From the NCBI GenBank assembly GCA_013265495.1, contig MU057711.1:744001-808000 (forward strand): DNA of 64,000 nt, read 5' to 3'. The position numbers and the translations under genes were made by a program. Origin of the DNA: Vicugna vicugna. Taxonomy: Eukaryota. This document shows positions 22,991-34,193 of this stretch, in pieces. Under the pieces are notes generated by a model. It was not told the origin of the DNA. It saw only the letters and a program-made list of their open reading frames with translations, and made no database searches. Every line of letters starts with the position of its first letter. Within the stretch, counting starts at the first letter, position 1.

Positions 22991-25900
22991 GTATATAGTA
23001 TGCTCTCAACAAATTCACCTCCCAAGCGCCCTACCTCTTGTGAAATTTTCAATTTAGAGCCCCTTCCTCATTCACCTGCAGTTATCCTCTTAAAATTAGG
23101 TGTACCTGACCCTGAATGGATTTCGGGAGGGTGAGGAATGTCTTGTCTTTGTCCAAAATATCGTGATTATATCCATTTTTTTTAAAAAGGAGAGTCCATA
23201 GTTTTAATCAGATTCTCAAAGGAGATTTAGTAGCCTTTCCCTCCCCTCCTAAAACAAAACAAAACAAACCATAATTGTCCATCATTAGTACACACTGTAA
23301 AAGCCTTGCTTTTCTCAAGTATGGAAAACATTTTGGTTTCCATTTGATCTGCTTTGCTTATTGCTTGAGTGGAATTAGATACTTTTCAAGTTTCAGTAAA
23401 CTGTAATAAATTGTGTTGGATTCTGGTTTGTCTACATATGACCCTACTCCTTAAACCTTTGTTTATTTCTACCATAGTTTTTTTGCTTTCTGTGCCCAGG
23501 CACTTAGTTGCCTGTTGAGGCAAGAGTGCTCCTGATTAGATTTTTTGTTTTATGTCTACTACTTACCCACTGGTACACTGTGAATTTCGAAAGTAGGTTT
23601 AGTCATGTTTCAGGTTTGAGTGACTGTTTGTTGGTATTATTCTGGCAAGATTTTGGAGGGTTTTTAATTTCCTTTATGTAAATCCCTCCAAAATAACAAC
23701 TAAATTCTCCTGCTTGGAAGTAATCACTCATATTCAGATGATATAATCTGAATATAAATCTGGTATAATCTGGTCTGATATAATCTGAGTATAATCTGGT
23801 CCTTGTTGTTCATATTGCCTTTGTTTTAAATGAATAACAATGTTAAAATTTAATCATTTTTGTTAGAAAACATACATTGAAAATTCTTTATAGAATTTCA
23901 GCATCATAAGGACCCACCAGACCATCTCGTTATCCTAGAAATACTGTTCGCTACTTGAAAAGTTTGTGTAGAAAGATTGCAATTCCTTAGTATTAGGTTC
24001 TAATGTCTTCTTTCTCTAATATGTATGACCTTTACATACTCTTACTTTAAAAAATTGAAAAACTGGTAGTAGTACAAATATTGAGTTATCCATAATTCTG
24101 TTTCAATACCCAAATCTGTCCTTTCCAATTACCTGCTTTTCTGGGTGGTAGTTGGACCCCAGGAGGAAGGCGAGGGCTCCACTCCTGTCTCGCATTTCCT
24201 TCAGACCATGCAGGTGAAGATGCCTCCGTCTTCAAGAGGAGCAGCAGAAGCAATTTGTTTCCTCTGTGCTCCTTGTCATATAGAGTGGCAGGGCCAGGTG
24301 TTGACTTACCTGAACCACTTCCTTCATGGTTTTGAACAGCACAGACGCTTTCTGCATGTCAGGGTGCAGGCATGTTGCCCGACCCAGGAGTCTTTATGAG
24401 GAAGAGCTTTGGATTATCCCCACGGTGTAGCATTTGGCTCCCGTGCCACCTCAGGACTGTCTTTTTCGTGGCCCCTTGGTGACCCATTGTTTTCTTAGTG
24501 AAAATGGATAACATTGTCCTCATGCATTTCAAGATGGCCCTCCAGTCTTGTATCCTTGCATTCTTCATTTCCTCATAGTGCTGACAGCTCATTCCTCTTC
24601 ATTTTTGGGTTACTTCATCTCTGAGACCCCAAATTAGTTTCATTGGCATTTGTCTGACAGAAAAAAAATGCTTTCTGTGTAGCAGGTGCACCAGTTCATA
24701 ATTTGGACAGTTTGTCCATGCCCTACTCTTATCTGTATCTATTAGCACTCTTAAGCACTTGACATATTACCTGATAATACTAACATTTTAAAATTTAATG
24801 TTTTATATTAGCAAGTATATAACGAATAGCTCTGCTTCGATTTTTCTACATCTGCCTTCACTCTTTTTAAGGAAAGTCTACGAGTAGAATTTCTTAAATT
24901 CAGAAATGAACTTTCAAGAAAGGAGTGAAAATCAAAACTCTTATAGTCACAGAAGCCTTGTCTGTTGTAGAACTTAGGCCTATCCTAGTAGACCACTTCC
25001 TTGTTTCTAAATCATTATTAATCATGATGATAAATTTCGCTTAACATCGTCAGGTATTCAGGAAGATAAGGTGAAACCAAGTGAAAACTGAAAAGAGGTT
25101 TCAGTGGTTCCAGAAGTGCATAACTTTTGCTTCCAGAGCTTTGGTAGAAATGCTTCTCTTCCATGAATGTTAAGATGTAAGCATCGGGTATTAAATAACA
25201 GCTGTGCTTTGCAGCACCCCAGCTATTTAGAAGCCACGTTAATAGTGTTTGCTTTTATACTTCTTTTAAGTACAAATTCATATTGTCCATTGTGAGGGGA
25301 AAAGAGTAAAATTTGTCTTAATAATTCAGGTCCCCAGTTTGCTGTGTAATATCCTTATAATTACAGGTAACTAACCTGTTACCCTTTTTGAGTCTCAGTT
25401 ACTCATTATGCTGAGGAGGTAGTGCTGTCTTCCCCACAGGGGTCAAAGGTGGTGTGTGATGAAATAATACTTTGGAAAGCCTTTTGTAAACTGCAGAGCA
25501 ATAAACCTGTATGTTAGTGGCATTATTCCATTGCCTAAATGGGTAGTTTTATTTATTTGTTTTCATTTTTTAAATTTACGTATTTATTTTACAATATCAC
25601 ACTTAAAAATTGAAGTTTAGTTGATGTATGGTGTTATGTTACAGGTACTGACTGGGTAGTTTTAAAGGTAGATTTCACAAATGGCGGTCGGGGAAGGAGT
25701 ACGAGGGCCTTTTATTCTTTCAGTATGGGCAGAACTGAACTAGCGCCGTTACAGAAAAGACTCCGACAATTAAGGGTTGCAAGACTAATGGAGGGCTTTA
25801 ATGTTAAAAAAAAAAAAAAGAAAGAAAAGAAAAGAAAGGTGGTTGGCATATATCCTCCGCAGTTGAGCTACCTACATAATCACCTCCTCTTGGAAAACTG

Positions 25901-27178
25901 CTTTTTGCAGTAGTGCTGCTTTTAGGTTTTCCCACCAGGGTAGCTGATGGTTCTCAGATACTTTTGGAACTCTTTTATTATCTAAGTTGGGTTTCTAAAT
26001 GACACAGATCTTACCCATTGTTGTCAGACTTTGTTTGGATGAAAATAAAACTTTACGACTCTCAAAAAGTAGCTCTCAGGAATCTCAAAAATTCTGTGAA
26101 CTGTAAAACAGCACAGTCATTAAGGTGTGGAGCTGCCACTTAAAGGGAAAGAACACCACTCATGGGGATTCTAATACATGTGGAGCTGTTGCAAAATCAA
26201 GATGTTGATTTTGGTTATGCCTAGTAAAGCGTGTGGTAGAAGAACTAGAATATTTAGAAAGATGACTTAACTTCATGTGAAATCTGTGCATTTTTATGGA
26301 TCATAGTTAGAAGGGAAGTATTAGATTAATAGAATAATTTGTTTACTTCATACCTACTTTTATGTTTACAACCTAGAGCCCAACAAATAGTACAACTTGT
26401 CTAAAATAGCATTAAACGTAGTCCTTTCCCCTAGAACTTTTACCCAAAATGTCTCTCTCTAGATACTCTTTCTAGCCATCTGATCATTTCACCCATCACG
26501 TTTTTTCTTTAAATAGGGTGCATTCAAGTCAACTATAAGTAATTAAAACTAAGAACCAGTTAACATGTTTAAAACCTTTATGTGTTTTTTCTCATTAGGA
26601 GGAAAGGCATAGTGTAAATCCCCCTTTATCTCTTTTCAGTTTGGAACATTTTCCTTTCACCAGTTAGCAAAAGTATTTTATTTGCTTTGTAAGAAAACTC
26701 AGTTTCAGTCTCACCTGTAATCAGTGACATAGCCCAAATAATTTAATGTGTTTCCTAGTCCGGAGGTTTGGATTTGTGCCTCTGGTTTCCCCTCGGTTTC
26801 TGGTTGGTTAATGCCTTAGGCTGGGGAACCGGTTCTGGTCTGTTGATGCTTCTCGTGGACAGATCTGTAAACTCTTTCTGCATTTGTGTAAGCATTGTTG
26901 TGTCATCTACAGTGAATTATAGTCTCAGTTGGTCTCTGATCAGTTTAGATTAGATTAGGGAGGTATGGCTAACTCCCTCAGGCCGTCTGGTTGGTTTTCA
27001 GACCCTGGGAGAGAAAATCCACTGTTGGTTGGTGACTGAAGGCAAGGAGCCACAACACAGATAACTCAAAATAATATGTAACTGCCAAATCATTTCATGT
27101 TTTTAAAGTATGTGATCTTTTTCCTTTCCACCAAATCATCATCCTAATTTTTTGTTTTAAATGATGGTTTAAATCAAG

Positions 27179-27331
27179 GTTTTTTTTTAATATATTTATT
27201 TATTTTTTGGTTGGGGGAGGTAATAGGTTTATTTAGTGTTTATTTGTTCTTAAAGGAGGTAGTGGGAATTGAACCCATGGCCTCGTGCATGCTAAGCACG
27301 TGCTCTACCACTTGAGCTATACCCTGCCCCC
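27179..27331 (-). mobile_element. tRNA-derived SINE (Vic-1-like)
   Basis: Reverse-complement head; TSD taaatcaag. Confidence 0.86.
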
Positions 27332-28504
27332 TAAATCAAGTTTTATCCCCCATCCCCGTGGTCTGACTGGAAGGGTAATGAGGAAAGATATGCACAGCTC
27401 AGAACAGACTGAGTGGCAGAGGGAAGCCAAAGGTTACAGGTAATCTATGAATGAATCACCTACAGGAGGTAATCAAGAATTCACCGCACACATAAGTCAG
27501 CAAGCTCACTAAATTATCCACATACCGAGTGTGTCCACCCTGAGTGTGTCTGAGACGGGCAAGTGCAGTTTCCTGGTGTCACCGTTTTCCAGGGTGTTGA
27601 GAGCTCTGGTCACTTTCACTTCAGTTTCTTTTCTGAAATGACCACCTTTCCTACAGCCGAGGGGAGAAAATATCGTTGTAGTTTGGGATCTGGAAGTGTC
27701 CTCTAACTGTTGGCCTTTCTGTTTTGTATAACTTTGGCATAGTTTGGAGGGGACTTCCTTTCTGTGCATTAAGTTTACTTGTGATTGGGTCAGCATTGCA
27801 TGATAAGGAGCTAGGACTGAAAACTTGTTCAACTAGTATTAGGTGAGGCGATTACCACTTAGTCGAGAACTAGGTTTATACCTTCTTGAGATGTAGGTCT
27901 GTGTTAACTCTCCTCAGTCCACGACAGTGTGGCCTCTGATATTCAGCCCCACATTTAGGAATTCAGAATTCAAGGGCATACACGTTAATTCCCCGATTTG
28001 ATGGCACTTTGTGATAAGGCAGACATGGAGGTTTATAGATTGTGTAAAAATCCTGGCTTGATGTCAGTAGCAGAGCTGGTATTGGAACACGAATTTCTTA
28101 GATTGGTTTACATCATGCTCTTTATATATAAATCTGTTTAAAGTGCTAATAATATATATTGTGGTGTAAGATTGCCTCATTCCTAGTTGGCAAATACAAT
28201 TTGAGCTGTGTAATTCTCCACTGCTTTTACTCTTACGTTTTTATGCTTAAATAATCCAAATATTTAGGAATTTCTACCTAATTCTTAAAAGAGGCGCTGA
28301 TTAGAATGAGATGGCCCCGTAGCAGATGGTAGGGACTTAATCAGGCTGTGTACTAGCTGCTAAATTAAATGGAGAAATAATTCATTTCCACTTTAGATGT
28401 TCTTTGTTTTTTAATGAATTTCTCAGAAAGGCAACAGTTTTGAGGTGAGTTTCTGTTCTGCCGTATCGAACACTTGTAACACGGATGTTCTGTGTGTTTT
28501 TCAG

Positions 28505-28739
28505 GATTGGGACAGCTGCACTGGCGGTCCAGGTTGTTGGCAGTAACTGGCCCAAGCCCCACTATACTTTGCTGATTACAGGCCTATGCCGTTTCCAGAT
28601 TGTACAGGTCGTGAAAGAGAAGCCATATCCCGTTGCTGATGTGGAACAGTTGGACCGGCTTGAGGAATTTCCCAACACCTGTAAAACCAGGGAGGAGCTA
28701 GGAGAACTCTCAGAAGAGTTTTACAAATACGCAGTACAG
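28505..28739 (+). CDS. LONP2: LONP2 exon 2, 235 nt (donor non-canonical in this sequence)
   Basis: tttttcag| acceptor; IGTAALAVQVVGSNWPKPHYTLLITGLCRF...FYKYAVQ; 3' end set by homology and frame with exon 3; followed by ATGAGT. Confidence 0.92.
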
Positions 28740-29882
28740 ATGAGTTGCTTTTAAGTTATTCCTTAAAACCCTATTTTGCTCGGTCTCTTCGTTGCCCTAA
28801 GATGTGATGAATGCGTTGAGTGGCGAATTTTTAGGACAGCATATGTTTAAATGATTTAGTAGTGTATTATAATATACTCATTTCAATTTGCTATTGTCTG
28901 GGATTGTACCTAAGACATACTAGCCAACCCTTCCTAAAATTTTTCCAAAGAGTATTTCTAGAGCTTTTCTTATAAGTTCCAGGGTCTCCATACCAGATAA
29001 TTATTAAACCTAAATAATCTTAAATATTAATATACTGTACAGAGCTATTTATCACTAGACTATCTAGGCATCAAATTATACAGGTTATGTTGGTTCAGAA
29101 GTCAAAGTCGCACTGTGACTGGTAATAAATGTGGAAGGTTAAGCCCGCGGTAGACTGATTTCAAGTGTGGTTAAACCTTGACCATCTAGAATGCTGGGAA
29201 GGAAGCACAGGTTAGGCATGCATTGACTATTGGGCTCTTTAATTCTAGGTTTGAGTTTTTTGGTTAACTCCAGATTGAACAGAAAGCTCATCCCATTTTG
29301 TTTCAAATCTTATTGAAATATATTATAAAATATATTTTTATATATAAAAATATTTTATCTATTGATGTAATCCAGTGATGAAACTGGATCTGTGAGAGTC
29401 ACGCAGCATGTAAACTGATCATTAAGAAGCATGTAGGGCAGGTATTCGTAGCGTGATTGTATTTGTACCTGATGTGGCATTTCAAGTGTGGTGAACATTG
29501 GAAAACTAGAAAATTTGGAGCTACAACTGCTGTTGGGGCTGAAAGGAAGAACCTACTTGAAGAAAGAACCAGAGCCAGTGAATATGCTGTTTAGGAATGA
29601 AGGAGGTAGAGGGGAAAATAGACTTTGCCTCTTTCTCTGGGTCATCCTCCTGGGTCTTCGTTCTCCTGTTGGACACAGCTTCATGGCTTCTTTCTCTTGT
29701 TCTTTATTTCTCCCCACTTTGAATCAACAGAAGAATTTTAAGCATATAAAGATTTTGCAATGACATTAAAGGAATTTTTGGAAAGAAACATAATTTTACT
29801 ATCATGCATCTGATTTAATTCTTGCTTTCTTCTGGTTTTGGTTCCTATTCAGTCTTATGTTTTGATTTTTGATCCATATCTA

Positions 29883-30335
29883 TTTTTTTATTGAGTTATA
29901 GTTAGTTTATAATGCTGTGTCAATTTCTGGTGTACAGCACAATTTTTCAGTCATACATGAATATATATATATATATATTTATTTTCATATTCTTTTTCCC
30001 ATGAGCTACCACAAGATCTTGTGTATATTTCCCTGTGCTATACAGTATAAACTTATTTATGTATTCTATATATACCTGTCAGTATCTACCAATCTCAAAC
30101 TCCCAGTCTGTCCCTTCCACTCTCCTCCCCGCTGGCAACCACAAGTTTGTATTCTGTTTGTGAGTCTGTTTCTGTTTTATATTTAAGTTCATTTGTCTTC
30201 TTCTTCTTCCTTTTTTTTTTTTTTTTTAAGATTCCACATATCAGTGATATCATATGGTATTTTTCTTTCTCTTTCTGGCTTACTTCACTTAGAATGACAT
30301 TCTTCAGGGATATCCATGTTGCTGCAAATGGCATT
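29883..30335 (-). mobile_element. Relatively young 5'-truncated L1 3' end
   Basis: T tail, L1 3'UTR motifs, TSD catatcta on both sides. Confidence 0.88.
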
Positions 30336-31239
30336 CATATCTAATTTCAATATTAAGTACTTTTATAAATTCCATTGATTCGGGATGTCATAATTATATC
30401 ATTTCTCTTCTTAGGCTTTAGGATTGTTTCCAATTAATGCTTTTCCTCCAACCCCTTGTACATCTGCTTCTACAGCCCTCATTGGTAGACCTCTTCAGTA
30501 GCTTCCTAACTAATCTCCTTCTAGCTTCTTCTTTCCCTGACCCACCTGCTCAGGAGTCCTTTCTCAGTAATCTTTGAGCATCCCTCTCCTGTGAGTAAGA
30601 GACTCTAATAGCTCTAGGATGAAGTTCACATTTCTTAGTATAACATTAAGGCCCTTCACACCTCTAGTTACTTCCATTTATACCTAAGGTTCTACCCACA
30701 CTGTACAGCAGAGAGCGTCACATTTTATTTCCCGTTTCTGTGATTTTTCCTTCTGTTCTCTCTTCTGGGAGTGTTCCACCTTCTTTGAATTTTTATATTT
30801 GATTTTTGCTTTCCCAGCTCCTGTAGATTGTTAATGCTCCTTTGCGTGTGTCTCCACAACCATTTAAACATCCCTTTTAACATAATGCTTATCACATTGT
30901 ATTGAAATGTGTCTTATGGGTTTGTTTCCCCTCCCAAACTAGAATTCACCCCTGCTTTAGCCATCCTGTACTGAGCACTATGTTGTGTCTGACAAATAGT
31001 TTGTACTCAATAAATACTCAGAGAATGAATTTTAACTGTTTTACTCTATTTTTTTAGGAGCATTTTCTAGTTTTGTTATCTACTTCCCCCACACCAGAAC
31101 AGCTTCATCAAAATTATGCTTTCATTCTTTTGGCTGTAGGCAGGTAACAGTTTCCAAGGTTACAGTGCTTTTAGGGAGGTTTGGTTATTACTGGCATATG
31201 AAATCTCGTTCGAGTGACTGTATGAGGATTCGGTACATT

Positions 31240-31630
31240 GTGAGTTAGTCAGTACGGGCTAAGTTTTGCTGTGTTAAGTACCCCCAAATCTCAGTCACAT
31301 AAGGCGACAAAGTTGTACTCCTCACCCGCACTTCATGCCTAAAACTAGGGGCAATGATCTCCCGAGTAGAAGTCACATAGGGACCCAGGTGGGTTGAAGC
31401 TTCATTTTAAAACATGCTTCCGTCATTGCTGAGGAAGGAAGAGGAAATGTGGCATGTTTCTCAATGGCTTTTAATGCTTCTGGCCAGAAGGAACTGTCAC
31501 CTCCCCTCATGTTTCATGGTTGAAGGCAAGACCCACAGCCACATCTGTGTTCAGAAGTGAGAAAGAGCAGCCCCCTACCATGTGCCCGAAAGGACAGGGG
31601 ACTCTGTCAGCAGCCCCAGTGACTATCACA
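31240..31630. mobile_element. MaLR (MLT1-type) LTR remnant
   Basis: ggctaagttttgctgtg...ccccaaatctcagt and cctaccatgtgccc motifs. Confidence 0.5.
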
Positions 31631-32324
31631 GTTACTGAAAGCTTGCCTTGAGCTTAATCTGTCGTAGCTCCAGGATGTCCCCTAGAAGTTGTTTTAAAAA
31701 AGATCACTCATAGTGCTCAGATTCTAGCTAACCCAGTGTTCTGCTAAAAAAAAAAAAACAACAGCATTTCGGTACTGATTGGTTAACATAATAGCCTTAA
31801 CCTTGTTACCTTTCCAGAATTGGATAATTATACTGATTGTGTAAGAGAATGCCCTTGTTCTTATGAACAAAGGTCATGATGTCTGCGATTTATTCTAAAA
31901 TGTTCAGCAATAATTGTGTGAGTGTATAAAAGAGAGGGAGAGAAGGCAAATGTGGCAAAATGCTAACAGTTGGTGAGTTTAGGGGAAGAATATTGGGGGA
32001 AGGAGTTTACTATCGCAACTTTTCTATAAATTTTGATTTTTTTCAAAATCATAATAATATAAAATCACAAATTTACAAAACCTTTTATAAATATTAATGT
32101 TATCCATTTTTGAGCCATTTTTGCTTTTCATCATGATTGACATTTTAAAAGTACTTCTTTTTTCCTCTGAGGTGGGTAAAAATGCCTGGATATAATAATC
32201 GGTGATCTTTCAAAAACAAATACTTTCTCTGAGGCCCAAACATTAAACTTAGATGATGGTCTGATTTTTTAAATCTACAAATAATGCCAGATTTAATTAG
32301 AAAGGCTTTTTTTTTCCCTTGTAG

Positions 32325-32456
32325 TTGGTTGAAATGTTGGATATGTCTGTCCCTGCAGTTGCTAAATTGAGACGTCTTTTAGATAATCTTCCAAGGGAAG
32401 CTTTACCAGACATTCTGACATCAATTATCCGGACAAGCAACAAAGAGAAGCTCCAG
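32325..32456 (+). CDS. LONP2: LONP2 exon 3, 132 nt
   Basis: cccttgtag|LVEMLDMSVPAVAKLRRLLDNLPREALPDILTSIIRTSNKEKLQ|gtacag. Confidence 0.96.
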
Positions 32457-32592
32457 GTACAGTGTGCCTTCTGAAATGCCAAGTTGCTATGGCACTTTTC
32501 ATTTGGGTCTAGATAGTGAGTAAGTTTTAACTTTCAGGTAAGAGATACTGGAGACTCCTAGAAGTACTTAAGATGCTTTTACGCTTAAATTG

Positions 32593-32686
32593 GCTTGCTT
32601 GTTTGTTTAATGGAGGTGCTGGGGATTGAACCCAGGACCTTTGTGCATGCTAAGCACATGCTCTACCACTGAGCTATCCCCTCCCC
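32593..32686 (-). mobile_element. tRNA-derived SINE (Vic-1-like)
   Basis: ggggattgaacccaggacc...gagctatcccctcccc; taaattg on both flanks. Confidence 0.85.
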
Positions 32687-32834
32687 ACTAAATTGACATT
32701 TTTTTTTCATTTACTTCATTGCTTTAAAAAAATTTTAGTTATAAAACTATCTTTTTAAAATTGTGGTTTAGTTGACATACATTATATTTGTTTCAGTGGT
32801 AGAGCATAATGATTCAATATTGACTTTAAAAAAT

Positions 32835-32985
32835 TTTTTTTTCCTTTTTTTGTAGGGGGCAGTAATTAGGTTTATTTACTTATATATTTAATTAATTAAT
32901 TTATTTTAAGTGAAGGTGCTGGGGATTGAACCCAAGACCTCGTGCATGCTAAGCACACACTCAGCTACTGAGCTATACCCTCCCC
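32835..32985 (-). mobile_element. tRNA-derived SINE (Vic-1-like)
   Basis: ggggattgaacccaagacc...gagctataccctcccc with T-rich tail. Confidence 0.85.
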
Positions 32986-34070
32986 TAGTATTAAGTTGAC
33001 TTTTGGTGTGATTGTTCTACACTGTTGTGTACTCAGGCAGTTGTTTTATTTGCATTATCAGTACTGGTAGTTTGTCAACTTATGGAAAAAGTTAAAGCAG
33101 AGAATAATAAAAAAGATAAATATTTAATTTAATTTAGATATATAAGTACACTTTGTCTCACTACTTTTTAAATGTGGAGCCAAGACCTTTCCCGTGTGTG
33201 TAGGCATGCTTTTTTGACCTCTTCATATTTCTTACATAAGCCACACCTGTGATGCGTTATCTGTGATTTTCAATTTCTGTTTCTTTAAAGTGAAATAAGT
33301 TTTAAAGATGCTTGAACAATAATCCAGGTGTAGACTCTTAGATTTGATTGTCTTTCCTCCAAACTGTAAGTTTTTTTGAATACTTAATTTGTAGTGTTTT
33401 TAAGCAGTCTGCTTCATCTTCCTAGAACATTGAAGTTAGTTTTCATTGAAGCAAGTCTCCTTATTTTATCAGTTTATTTAATACTTGAATCCAGCAACTT
33501 TATTTAATACTTAAATCCAGGAACTCATGCAGACAGGTTGGGTTTAAACACAAGAACTCAGCTCACCTGGTAGGAGCAGAGAGTGCAGGGGTCCTGAGAC
33601 TAACCTGGCTGTGGGCAAGAGTGTTCCACCAAGAGACCGGAGAACATCAGTCACTCAGACAAGTCAGTAGTGGAGTTTGGTTAAAAGTGCTCCTATTCTC
33701 TTGGGTATATAAAAATTTAATGCCGTGAACCTAGAATTTGTGTAGGCCTAATATGTAGATATATTCTGGGCTTTAGAAAGAATTGACATAAAATGTGGTT
33801 TTGTTCTTGCTCTTGGAACAGCAGATGTGGCTTCATTTTTAAGAGGGTAGATATTTTCATGCTTCTCTTTTTTTAGGATTCTGGCGCTGTGCCAGGTGAC
33901 CTTGCTGATTTAATACAGTGACTTTAGTCGTGTCAGCCATCGTGTAGCTGTGACTACTGATGGTAGTGGCCTTCTTTACCTGATGACTGAAGTCCTGACT
34001 CTTGACTGCCTTGTTTTGGAGCATGTGTTTCTGAGAGAGCGGTTCTGCAAATTGACTCACGTTTCCTCAG

Positions 34071-34193
34071 ATTTTAGATGCTGTGAGTCTGGAGGAACGG
34101 TTCAAGATGACCATACCACTGCTTGTCAGGCAGATTGAAGGCCTGAAATTGCTTCAAAAAACCAGAAAACACAAGCAAGATGATGATAAGCGG
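34071..34193 (+). CDS. LONP2: LONP2 exon 4, 123 nt
   Basis: tttcctcag|ILDAVSLEERFKMTIPLLVRQIEGLKLLQKTRKHKQDDDKR|gtaaat. Confidence 0.96.

Noticed and set aside
28740..32324. LONP2 intron 2 as a U12 AT-AC intron
   Set aside because: The donor lacks ATATCCTT, and the acceptor is a normal polypyrimidine-AG.
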